A stretch of 64,000 nucleotides of DNA. Origin: Sedimentisphaerales bacterium (GTDB taxonomy: Bacteria; Planctomycetota; Phycisphaerae; Sedimentisphaerales; SM23-30). The stretch lies in the NCBI GenBank assembly GCA_963666285.1, contig OY762711.1. One strand, given 5' to 3'. The notes under the pieces are model-generated. The model ran no database searches. It was not told where the DNA came from and saw nothing but the letters and a program-made list of their open reading frames with translations. Position numbers and translations under genes: made by a program. Within the stretch, counting starts at the first letter, position 1. Each line of letters begins with the position of its first letter. This document shows positions 56,363-64,000 of this stretch, piece after piece.

Positions 56363-59101
56363 TTACTTTATTTCCACCTCCTGAGAAATTATATTCCATC
56401 CATCTATCATTACCACAGAAGAAGATAATTTATCAAAAGATTCTATCTCAACAACTTTTTCTTCACCTGGTAATAAACTAAAATAATTATCAGAATAAAA
56501 TACAGGCCTGACGGGTCTGCCTGTATTGGCATCAGCCAACACAATTCTAACCATAAATGCCAGGGCATTTGTTTGGTTTTTTATGGTAACGCAATATTTG
56601 CCATCATCATAATCATAAACTGCCGCAGCTGTCAATTCAATTTGTGACAACTTCTCTAAATCACTAAAGCCTGCATATAACGGACCGGTATAAGTTCCTT
56701 TTCCTTTATATTCGCTATTAGAACGCCAATAGAAAGTGTCTGAGACCGGCTTATCATCCGAGTCAATCACATCAAGCCGAATAAAATGGACATCTGTAAG
56801 CCCTGTCGGCAAATCAACTTCCATAACATCGTTAGCAATATCATCGGAATCAACAGAAACCTGAACACTATCCTGGTATTTCAATTTCATATCAAGATCA
56901 AACACTCGAATAGCTACAGTACCAGCAAACTTGTTATAATACTCGTTATTAACAGAAACGCTGTTCTTTATGAAATCATATTGGGCATGAATCGGCTCAT
57001 GAGCATCCTGAGAAAAATACAAAGCAGCAGTAGGTTCCAATGACCAATCCCACATCCGACCACATACCTGTCTGGTTGGACTGTTGTGATACCAGAACCA
57101 AACACCCGTAGTAAACCTATCGCCATTATTACCCCTATTGTATGTCCAGCACTCCCAGATACTTCGATATCCAACCGCACCAACCATCTGCCCCTTCCAC
57201 ACCATCTCTTCAGCTGTTTCAATAGAGCCGTACTGCTGCATGGCAGGGACATATTTTGATACAATATCATGGAATCCACCACCATCATGGTAGTCCCAGA
57301 CTTTTTTATTTATCGGCCAGATATCCTTCTTTTCCATCATTTCTTCAAGACATTCTAACGTCGGAAGACATGAAGTTCCATATTCGGGACAAAGCCCGTT
57401 GATTCTGCTGCCTCGTTCTGAAGCCGTATCGTCATAATAAAACATCGGATTGACATATTTATACGGGCTGCCATCATGAATACCTTTAATTTCAGACGCT
57501 TCCTGGTATCCGCGAGTACCGTCTAAGCTTTCAATCAAATCATTTATTTGTACAATATTGTTGGTGTTTCTCTCATTAGCCGATATATAATAGGCTAAAG
57601 AAGGATGATTCCTGATAGTCTTAATGGTATCAGCAACATTTTCTCGATAAAGATCATGGTCTAAAGGCAATTCGGTATCCCCGGTAAGCCAGAATTCCAT
57701 AGAAACCATAATCCCAATTTCATCACACAAATCAAAGAAATAGTCAGATTCAGCAATGCCACCGGCCCAAAACCTGATAAAATTAATACCTGCCTGTTGT
57801 GTATATCTCATTTCTGCATACATACGTTTATCTGTTTTCCGAAGCATTGCTTCCGGAATCCAGTTGGTGCCATGCAGAAAAACAGGTCTGCCATTAACAT
57901 AAAACTGCCTACTTTGGTCAGGAGTTTTGCGATCACTTGAAATATTGCGTACTGCAAAACGAGTTTTGCATGTATCTTTTTTAACACCATCACTTACGAA
58001 CGACAATTTCATTTCGTATAAATTCTGAGGGCCTTTGTTAATAGGCCACCAAAGCTTTGGACTCTTATAGATTAAAGATTTAAATTCTTCTGGTGACAAT
58101 TTAACCAATTTTTCTTCATGAGGCTTTAATGTTACACTTTTATTAATTTTAACATTCATGCCATCAATTTCAGCGTTGATCTTTCCAGAAGTTTCTTTAT
58201 TAGAATGATTTATAATCTCTACAGATATTTCCTGGGTACTGGTATCCATATCCGGCATTGATAAAATGCTTTTTACAAAGGGATCTCTCAGTTCGACCTG
58301 ATCTACAGGATATATAACTACATCTTTCCATATTCCGGTATTTCTATCACGAATACCATCGGAAAAAGTAAAATCCCAGCCAACTGACATAAGCATTGAT
58401 ACATTATTGCCAATTTTACCGTCCCCACCATTTTTATTTTCTCCGACCGCCCTTGCTTTCTTGTATTTATTCTTGAAACCTCCCGGCACGTCAACTGGGC
58501 GTACCAGAACAGCTAAGACATTTTTTCCATCACGTTCGACAAAATCGGTAATATCGAAAAAGCCTCTCTGAAACATGCCTGCCATGGAACCGATCTCATT
58601 TCCATTCAGCCAGATTTCAGCACGATAATTAATACCATCCAGTTTTAATATTACATTTTTGTTTAAAAAGGAATTACTCAACTCAAACTCAGTTCTAAAC
58701 CAATAAGTATAAAAATCAGAACCAACGTCGGTAATATCTGGTATAATTGATTCCTCTTTAGCATTATTGAGGCCAAAATATGGTTCCGGATAGACTTCAT
58801 TATGCACAAGACTGTTCAAAACAGTTCCTGGCACAATAGCATCATATGCAAATGGTGAACTAAATTTCAAACTTGACACCGTTACCCCATCTTTAGCTTC
58901 AGAAGAACGCCTAATAATCTGCCATGGATATTGGCCGTTATGAAAATCAGTTGAACGTAATACAAGGGCATCTTTTTGGGCAAGAAATGGGCCCCGAGAT
59001 AAACCCTTAACGCTATCTCCATGTAGTTTGGCTACAAAAACCAAAGAAACTAAAATTAACAATACCTTAATCTTCATAGAGCTTTCAGATAAATGCTGCA
59101 T
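56363..59101 (-). CDS. Secreted GH2 glycosidase (endo-beta-mannosidase/exo-beta-glucosaminidase-like)
   Basis: VPGTVL, DGINYRAEIWLNG, GWDF...RDRNTGIW, RNHPSL..ANE, PEYG, SDNYFSLLPGE. Confidence 0.88.
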   Translation of the reverse strand: MQHLSESSMKIKVLLILVSLVFVAKLHGDSVKGLSRGPFLAQKDALVLRSTDFHNGQYPWQIIRRSSEAKDGVTVSSLKFSSPFAYDAIVPGTVLNSLVHNEVYPEPYFGLNNAKEESIIPDITDVGSDFYTYWFRTEFELSNSFLNKNVILKLDGINYRAEIWLNGNEIGSMAGMFQRGFFDITDFVERDGKNVLAVLVRPVDVPGGFKNKYKKARAVGENKNGGDGKIGNNVSMLMSVGWDFTFSDGIRDRNTGIWKDVVIYPVDQVELRDPFVKSILSMPDMDTSTQEISVEIINHSNKETSGKINAEIDGMNVKINKSVTLKPHEEKLVKLSPEEFKSLIYKSPKLWWPINKGPQNLYEMKLSFVSDGVKKDTCKTRFAVRNISSDRKTPDQSRQFYVNGRPVFLHGTNWIPEAMLRKTDKRMYAEMRYTQQAGINFIRFWAGGIAESDYFFDLCDEIGIMVSMEFWLTGDTELPLDHDLYRENVADTIKTIRNHPSLAYYISANERNTNNIVQINDLIESLDGTRGYQEASEIKGIHDGSPYKYVNPMFYYDDTASERGSRINGLCPEYGTSCLPTLECLEEMMEKKDIWPINKKVWDYHDGGGFHDIVSKYVPAMQQYGSIETAEEMVWKGQMVGAVGYRSIWECWTYNRGNNGDRFTTGVWFWYHNSPTRQVCGRMWDWSLEPTAALYFSQDAHEPIHAQYDFIKNSVSVNNEYYNKFAGTVAIRVFDLDMKLKYQDSVQVSVDSDDIANDVMEVDLPTGLTDVHFIRLDVIDSDDKPVSDTFYWRSNSEYKGKGTYTGPLYAGFSDLEKLSQIELTAAAVYDYDDGKYCVTIKNQTNALAFMVRIVLADANTGRPVRPVFYSDNYFSLLPGEEKVVEIESFDKLSSSVVMIDGWNIISQEVEIK

Positions 59102-59387
59102 ACTTAGAATATCCTTTAATATACACTATTACTTTACTAATATCAATAGTTTAATTGTTATCATTCACTATCAGGTTGTATCCCAACCTGCTGTGTTCAC
59201 AGATAAAAAATAACAATTCCGTAAACTTGCCGATTGAAGCAAGCAGATCACAAACAAATACAATACAGACATTTACCCCTGCGCAATACTAATCCGGTAA
59301 AACAAATTCCAAAAGAATAAGTATTATTCAGCCAATATTATATTAAATCGTATTTTTTCCCCGACTATCCAGCAACAACACACCATA

Positions 59388-62300
59388 TTATTTTTCACAT
59401 TCAGATAAAGGATATAGTCCGCAACTCAGCCAATTATCCAGCAATACCGATAGATCTGAGATATCTACTATACAATCAGCTATATTATTAGGCCCGGAAA
59501 AGTCAAATTGCCTCCCCTGCCAGTCAGTGTTACACGTACTCACCTTATGTAATGCTGCCCCATTGTATGCCTCGATAACTCCCGCTTGATCTAAGACATA
59601 ATTATATATTCTCACATCATCCAATTGCCCCTGGAACGTCCTTCCCCCTACATCGACACCAAGCTTTAGTATACTATCAGATCCGGTACCCATATTTACC
59701 ATCCCACTATTTACCAATTCCATATCTACATATAATTGTGCTATATGGGTTTCAAGATCATATGTTACTATAAGATGGTGCCATTCATTCATTCTAAAAC
59801 CGGCCTGATCAATTGGTGTTTGAAATTCAGTTGAACCGACTGCTACAAAATTTATCCTGTTTGTTGATGGATTAAGCCCCCATACCCACATCATTTGAGA
59901 AGCATCCCAGCTATCAGATTTATCCATGATAATACTTGTCTGATTTCCACCGGTCCAGAAAACCCAACATGAAATACTGAATTTGCCAGTACTTTCAAGC
60001 GGATTCCATCTTCCAACGATACCTGTTCCGTTAACAGACGTTAAGGATATTGCCCCATTTTCATCATTGTCGGCACCGTTCAAAAAAGATGGTGCACCTG
60101 TTGCCGCAACATTTCTATCATATCCAGATTCATCCAAATAGTATCCATTTGAATAATCTTCAGCATCAAGAGACCAGTGAGCCAAAAGTTCTTTAATAAA
60201 CAAACTGGCAGTCTGCGAAACAATTGAACCTACAGAATTATCAATAATACAATAATAATCACCTTGATAGTCACTATCAGATGAATTGAATATTAACCTT
60301 GAAACATAATATCCTTTTTGGTTATCATAAGCCGGTCCATCTTCTATTATTTCACCCATAAAATCAGTTACTGGTATATCATTTCCTTCTGCAACACTCT
60401 TATACCATTTCGCTGTTGGCAATGTGCTGCTTTTGAATCGACATTCCACAATATGATCATCAAATTCTGAATTGTTTATATACAAATCCTGCGGTTCTGA
60501 AACAATAACCGGCATTAAAGGAGATCTACCTAATTTGACTATTTCCAAAGTGTTAAGAAAAGCTCTATAATCTGCTGCTGCTAAACCCTCAACAACGACA
60601 ACCAGATCTTTGTCATCAGATAAGCTGATTTGCGATATTGCAAAATTTTTATCAAACAGCCAGGACTCATATTCCTTAGTGTTTTCCAATAAAACGGAAG
60701 CTTTATCACTAAAGTCTGAATCAATAGAATCCAACTCAACATCAAAAGAATAAATATTATATGTATCATGAACTGTTGTGTTTGTGTTATTTGCAGTTAA
60801 ATATAGTCCGTAAATTCCTGCATCTAATCCTGAAATTCTTATGCCTAACGAAACATGGCTATCTTTGCCATCATTTACAAAGATCGCACTTCTGGCATTT
60901 CCAGAATAGATACCAGTATTATAGTCAATTCCAAGGCTGCTGTTATTGAAACCATGTAAATCCCAGTCAATAATCTTTTGGCCGGGTAAAGATTTACCCA
61001 GATTAACACTCAAATTTGTGCTGTTTCCATTTGAATCGAATATTCCTGAACTTTTATCTGCAGTAACCAAATTCCAGCTTATTCCGGATACTTTGCCAAT
61101 TTCATGTGCCGGGCTATTAGCATTATCAGCAATTTGTGATCCAAAATTTAACAGTACAGAAGGAAAGTCAGACGAAAATGTTTCTTTCAAACGCTGACCA
61201 TCTTGTAATAACTTAATGCGAAGTAAATCATAAGGTACATCCTGAATATCATATTCATAATCAATTGCCAGTGAAGCTGCTGTAGCAGCAGACTGCCCTA
61301 AAATCATATAAGTTGGCTCCATCCTGATACTACCAAAAGCAGCATGGCTCGCTGACAGGCAAACAGGTACAAGTAAATTTGCAGACTGCTGTCTTTGAGG
61401 AAGTATCGATCTGTAACTTATCGGATAACCTGTACTCCACCAGAGATAAAAACCACCTTCATCCCAAATTGCACCATCTATAACAACACGACGCACAACA
61501 TGAGAATCCAATGAATATGAACCCTGGCCAATTGAATCATAAATGGTATAACCTGAAGCCATTTTAACATGATGCTCAGTCATAACCATTTCACCTTCTA
61601 ATCTCCTAGCTTCCCGGACATAAGGGAAATAAGGCCAATGATCGTTATCGATAAACTCATCTTTGGGCAACCCCCATTTAATCCGGCTATTTCTTGAAGC
61701 TGCCGGCACACGCGGATGATACAGCATTGTCCATAACAACCCCTGCTGATAATCCCTTTGACGCTTAACATAATTTATGCGTTCTATATAATCGGCCTCC
61801 GAATAATTCCAGTTTTTTTCGATAGAATAGTTTCCACCCGGCCAATCCAGCGACATCAAACCACTATTATTGTTATCTGTTTTTAAGTTTGGCATACGCT
61901 GGTCGGTAAAGCCGGGATTCTGCCCAGCTTCATAAAGACGAAACAAAAGTTCATAATCTTTTTCATCGTAGCTTAAAGGCTTTGAAACAGGAACTCGGTT
62001 TGAGCTGACATCTGTCATACACATCCTGAAATTGAATGCCTGGAGCCTGTTATCTGCTTTACCTATCTGACTGACTTCAGTAAATTCATTTTCTATCTGC
62101 GGAATAAGTCCGCTCGTTGGGTCTCCCGGCACCCAATATGGGTCAATTCCACTATATGGTGATTTACCCGGACTCAAATCGGTTGATTTAAAATATATCC
62201 CATTTAAGGTTTCATTATACTCACTATTTGAATCTCTGCCTATACGATAGGACACACCGGAAGAAGCCATAAGATCACCTTCATATGAAGCATCTATAAA

Positions 62301-62882
62301 CATCTTCCCTCTATACGTTTCTGCCGGCGAAAAGCCAAAATCCTTGTCATAAGCCAGTGTTTTTATAGCAGTAATCATATTACCATGCTTCCGGACGCCA
62401 TCAGGACCTCTATCAAGCCATCGGTTACGCACAACAGTAACATTTTCTTCACTTAGCCATTGATTAAATACTTCTTCAGCAACATGCGGCTCAAAAGTCC
62501 ACATTGTCTCGGTTCCATCCTGAATACCCGCACCCGCCTGCCAGCTGACATTATAAGAACTGCGGGTTTGGTAAATCCACGCTTCAGGATCATTATAATA
62601 TAACCAGATGCGATGGTAAAACTCCCTGGACAAACCTCCGATACAGTTTGTATCTTTTGTATCAGTCCAACCAAGCCCGCTAATGGTTAAGCCGCCCAGA
62701 TGTTCTTCCGGACATACCAAAGCGACATTTTTACCCATTCGTTTTGCCTGAATAGCCGCGGTTATACCTGAACAGGTACCACCATAAACTACAATATCAA
62801 ATGAGTTATCCGCATATGAAGAGCCACATGCTGTCATAAGGACAACTAATAATAACGAAATAGATTTGACTAATTTAACCAA
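59388..62882 (-). CDS. Secreted FAD-dependent oxidoreductase with Ig-like, LamG and dockerin-like C-terminal domains
   Basis: DIVVYGGTCSG, FIDASYEGDL, YVREARR, SIRMEP; LamG FQGQLDDVRIYNY; tail DCIVDISDL..WLSCG. Confidence 0.85.
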   Translation of the reverse strand: MVKLVKSISLLLVVLMTACGSSYADNSFDIVVYGGTCSGITAAIQAKRMGKNVALVCPEEHLGGLTISGLGWTDTKDTNCIGGLSREFYHRIWLYYNDPEAWIYQTRSSYNVSWQAGAGIQDGTETMWTFEPHVAEEVFNQWLSEENVTVVRNRWLDRGPDGVRKHGNMITAIKTLAYDKDFGFSPAETYRGKMFIDASYEGDLMASSGVSYRIGRDSNSEYNETLNGIYFKSTDLSPGKSPYSGIDPYWVPGDPTSGLIPQIENEFTEVSQIGKADNRLQAFNFRMCMTDVSSNRVPVSKPLSYDEKDYELLFRLYEAGQNPGFTDQRMPNLKTDNNNSGLMSLDWPGGNYSIEKNWNYSEADYIERINYVKRQRDYQQGLLWTMLYHPRVPAASRNSRIKWGLPKDEFIDNDHWPYFPYVREARRLEGEMVMTEHHVKMASGYTIYDSIGQGSYSLDSHVVRRVVIDGAIWDEGGFYLWWSTGYPISYRSILPQRQQSANLLVPVCLSASHAAFGSIRMEPTYMILGQSAATAASLAIDYEYDIQDVPYDLLRIKLLQDGQRLKETFSSDFPSVLLNFGSQIADNANSPAHEIGKVSGISWNLVTADKSSGIFDSNGNSTNLSVNLGKSLPGQKIIDWDLHGFNNSSLGIDYNTGIYSGNARSAIFVNDGKDSHVSLGIRISGLDAGIYGLYLTANNTNTTVHDTYNIYSFDVELDSIDSDFSDKASVLLENTKEYESWLFDKNFAISQISLSDDKDLVVVVEGLAAADYRAFLNTLEIVKLGRSPLMPVIVSEPQDLYINNSEFDDHIVECRFKSSTLPTAKWYKSVAEGNDIPVTDFMGEIIEDGPAYDNQKGYYVSRLIFNSSDSDYQGDYYCIIDNSVGSIVSQTASLFIKELLAHWSLDAEDYSNGYYLDESGYDRNVAATGAPSFLNGADNDENGAISLTSVNGTGIVGRWNPLESTGKFSISCWVFWTGGNQTSIIMDKSDSWDASQMMWVWGLNPSTNRINFVAVGSTEFQTPIDQAGFRMNEWHHLIVTYDLETHIAQLYVDMELVNSGMVNMGTGSDSILKLGVDVGGRTFQGQLDDVRIYNYVLDQAGVIEAYNGAALHKVSTCNTDWQGRQFDFSGPNNIADCIVDISDLSVLLDNWLSCGLYPLSECEK

Positions 62883-62917
62883 AACTTTTTCTCCATACTT
62901 TCTACTTAAATCAAAGA

Positions 62918-62943
62918 GCGGGCATAACCTGAGATATGCCCGC
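62918..62943 (-). terminator. Hairpin/terminator after PEP-CTERM gene
   Basis: gcgggcata/tatgcccgc 9-bp stem; weak T tail. Confidence 0.6.
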
Positions 62944-62991
62944 CTTGTTCTATATTAATGAGAACAGTCATTAATAACAAAATGAAATGAA

Positions 62992-63654
62992 TTATTTACG
63001 ATATCTACGCAGCATTCCAATCAAACCTCCAAAGCCAAGAATAGCCATTGATGCAGGCTCTGGAACTAAAGTTATATTATCCAGGTAAACACCGGTACCA
63101 TCTGCACCATTACCGTCTGGAGTACCGTCAACAGAGCGGATCTTTACCTGTACCTGAGCTGTTTCACCTGGTGTTACAAAACTAAAAACAGGCGATTTCA
63201 GCCAATCTGTAGTAGATAGAATTGCGGAATCTGTTTCTTCATCAGCATCAAACAGAACCATACTAATCTCATCACCTATCTGGTTTCCGTTGGCATCTTT
63301 GAACTTGATATAAACATCAATTTGATCGCCGGTTTCATCCATTTGCCAGTTTTCGTTCGTATCACCTCGACCATACAGCCAGAAGCTCAAAGCTTCCCCA
63401 CCAGTAAAACCAGTAATTGTCTGATGAAGCATACCATAGCCATTACGAGCAGCAATCTTATATGAGTACCCCCCGTCATATACAATATCATTCTTAGCGG
63501 CATAATAAACTGTTGCACCAGTGCCTTTATACTGCGACCATATATCCGGTGCTAACGGATCACCTGACATAGATTCAAAACCAGGATTCAATATATAATT
63601 CGCATTAGCAGCAGAAACCGCAAAAACCAGTAATAATAAAAACAACTTTTTCAT
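62992..63654 (-). CDS. PEP-CTERM surface protein with CBM4/9-like fold
   Basis: Signal peptide; NYILNPGFE...VYLDNITL; VPEPASMAILGFGGLIGMLRRYRK. Confidence 0.9.
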   Translation of the reverse strand: MKKLFLLLLVFAVSAANANYILNPGFESMSGDPLAPDIWSQYKGTGATVYYAAKNDIVYDGGYSYKIAARNGYGMLHQTITGFTGGEALSFWLYGRGDTNENWQMDETGDQIDVYIKFKDANGNQIGDEISMVLFDADEETDSAILSTTDWLKSPVFSFVTPGETAQVQVKIRSVDGTPDGNGADGTGVYLDNITLVPEPASMAILGFGGLIGMLRRYRK

Positions 63655-63711
63655 CTTTTAACCTCCAAAAGTAAAATAACAAAAGCTAAAACTTTCACCA
63701 ATAAAAACAAA

Positions 63712-63745
63712 CTGGCAGAATCACCTGTTAAAGAGATTCTGCCAG
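63712..63745 (-). terminator. Intergenic hairpin
   Basis: ctggcagaatc/gattctgccag 11-bp stem followed by tttgttttt on the minus strand. Confidence 0.6.
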
Positions 63746-63758
63746 AAATACTTCTTTT

Positions 63759-64000
63759 TTAATTATCGCATGCCGGGTACAGTCCGCAATCAAGCCACAC
63801 ACCTGCCATAGCGGCAAAATCATACATATCGACTCTACAATCAGAAAATTCCGAACCTACACCCTCTGGGCCAGCCAGGTCAAATGTTGAAGCATAGGAA
63901 TTCAGACAAAGTGACTTTTCAATCACGGAATATTGATTATACATATCCAACACTTCTTTATTTGTCATCGGATAGTTAAACAATACAAATCCGTCTAAAG
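63759..64000 (-). CDS. C-terminus of a LamG/dockerin-like secreted protein (partial)
   Basis: Frame open to the window edge: LDGFVLFNYPM...DCRVDMYDFAAMAGVWLDCGLYP, the same tail type as the 1164-aa protein. Confidence 0.8.
   Translation of the reverse strand, partial: LDGFVLFNYPMTNKEVLDMYNQYSVIEKSLCLNSYASTFDLAGPEGVGSEFSDCRVDMYDFAAMAGVWLDCGLYPACDN

Overview
Bacterial chromosome segment, probably Planctomycetota (Phycisphaerae/Sedimentisphaerales-like). This is inferred from the H-X9-DG prepilin protein, the PEP-CTERM protein and the 'DCxVD..D......WLxCG' dockerin-like tails. Left to right it holds: T2SS-type pseudopilins; nrdR plus a stand-alone tandem ATP-cone protein; a PQQ beta-propeller protein; an AT-rich MoxR/DUF58/vWA operon ending in a 2546-aa vWA-TPR protein; dacB with an oppABCD peptide transporter and a Gfo/Idh/MocA dehydrogenase; a 1.5-kb gene-free region; a GH2 glycosidase; a trimeric [FeFe]-hydrogenase with non-bifurcating signatures; a decayed RHS fragment with a frameshifted LRR gene; an intact IS3-family element inserted in a REP-like repeat cluster; a sulfatase, galM, tex, an S41 protease, a NatB-CPBP fusion and a thioesterase; a type-2 IleRS with the non-canonical GVHH motif; and a polysaccharide-utilisation-like cluster. 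The most striking unexplained feature is the 26.56-28.1 kb region. It contains a near-consensus promoter followed by an attenuator-like leader, then a second -10 box directly followed by about 480 nt that fold by eye into five consecutive multibranch domains, a candidate large structured non-coding RNA. No rRNA, tRNA or CRISPR array was found. All family calls come from motif recognition by eye, not from database searches.
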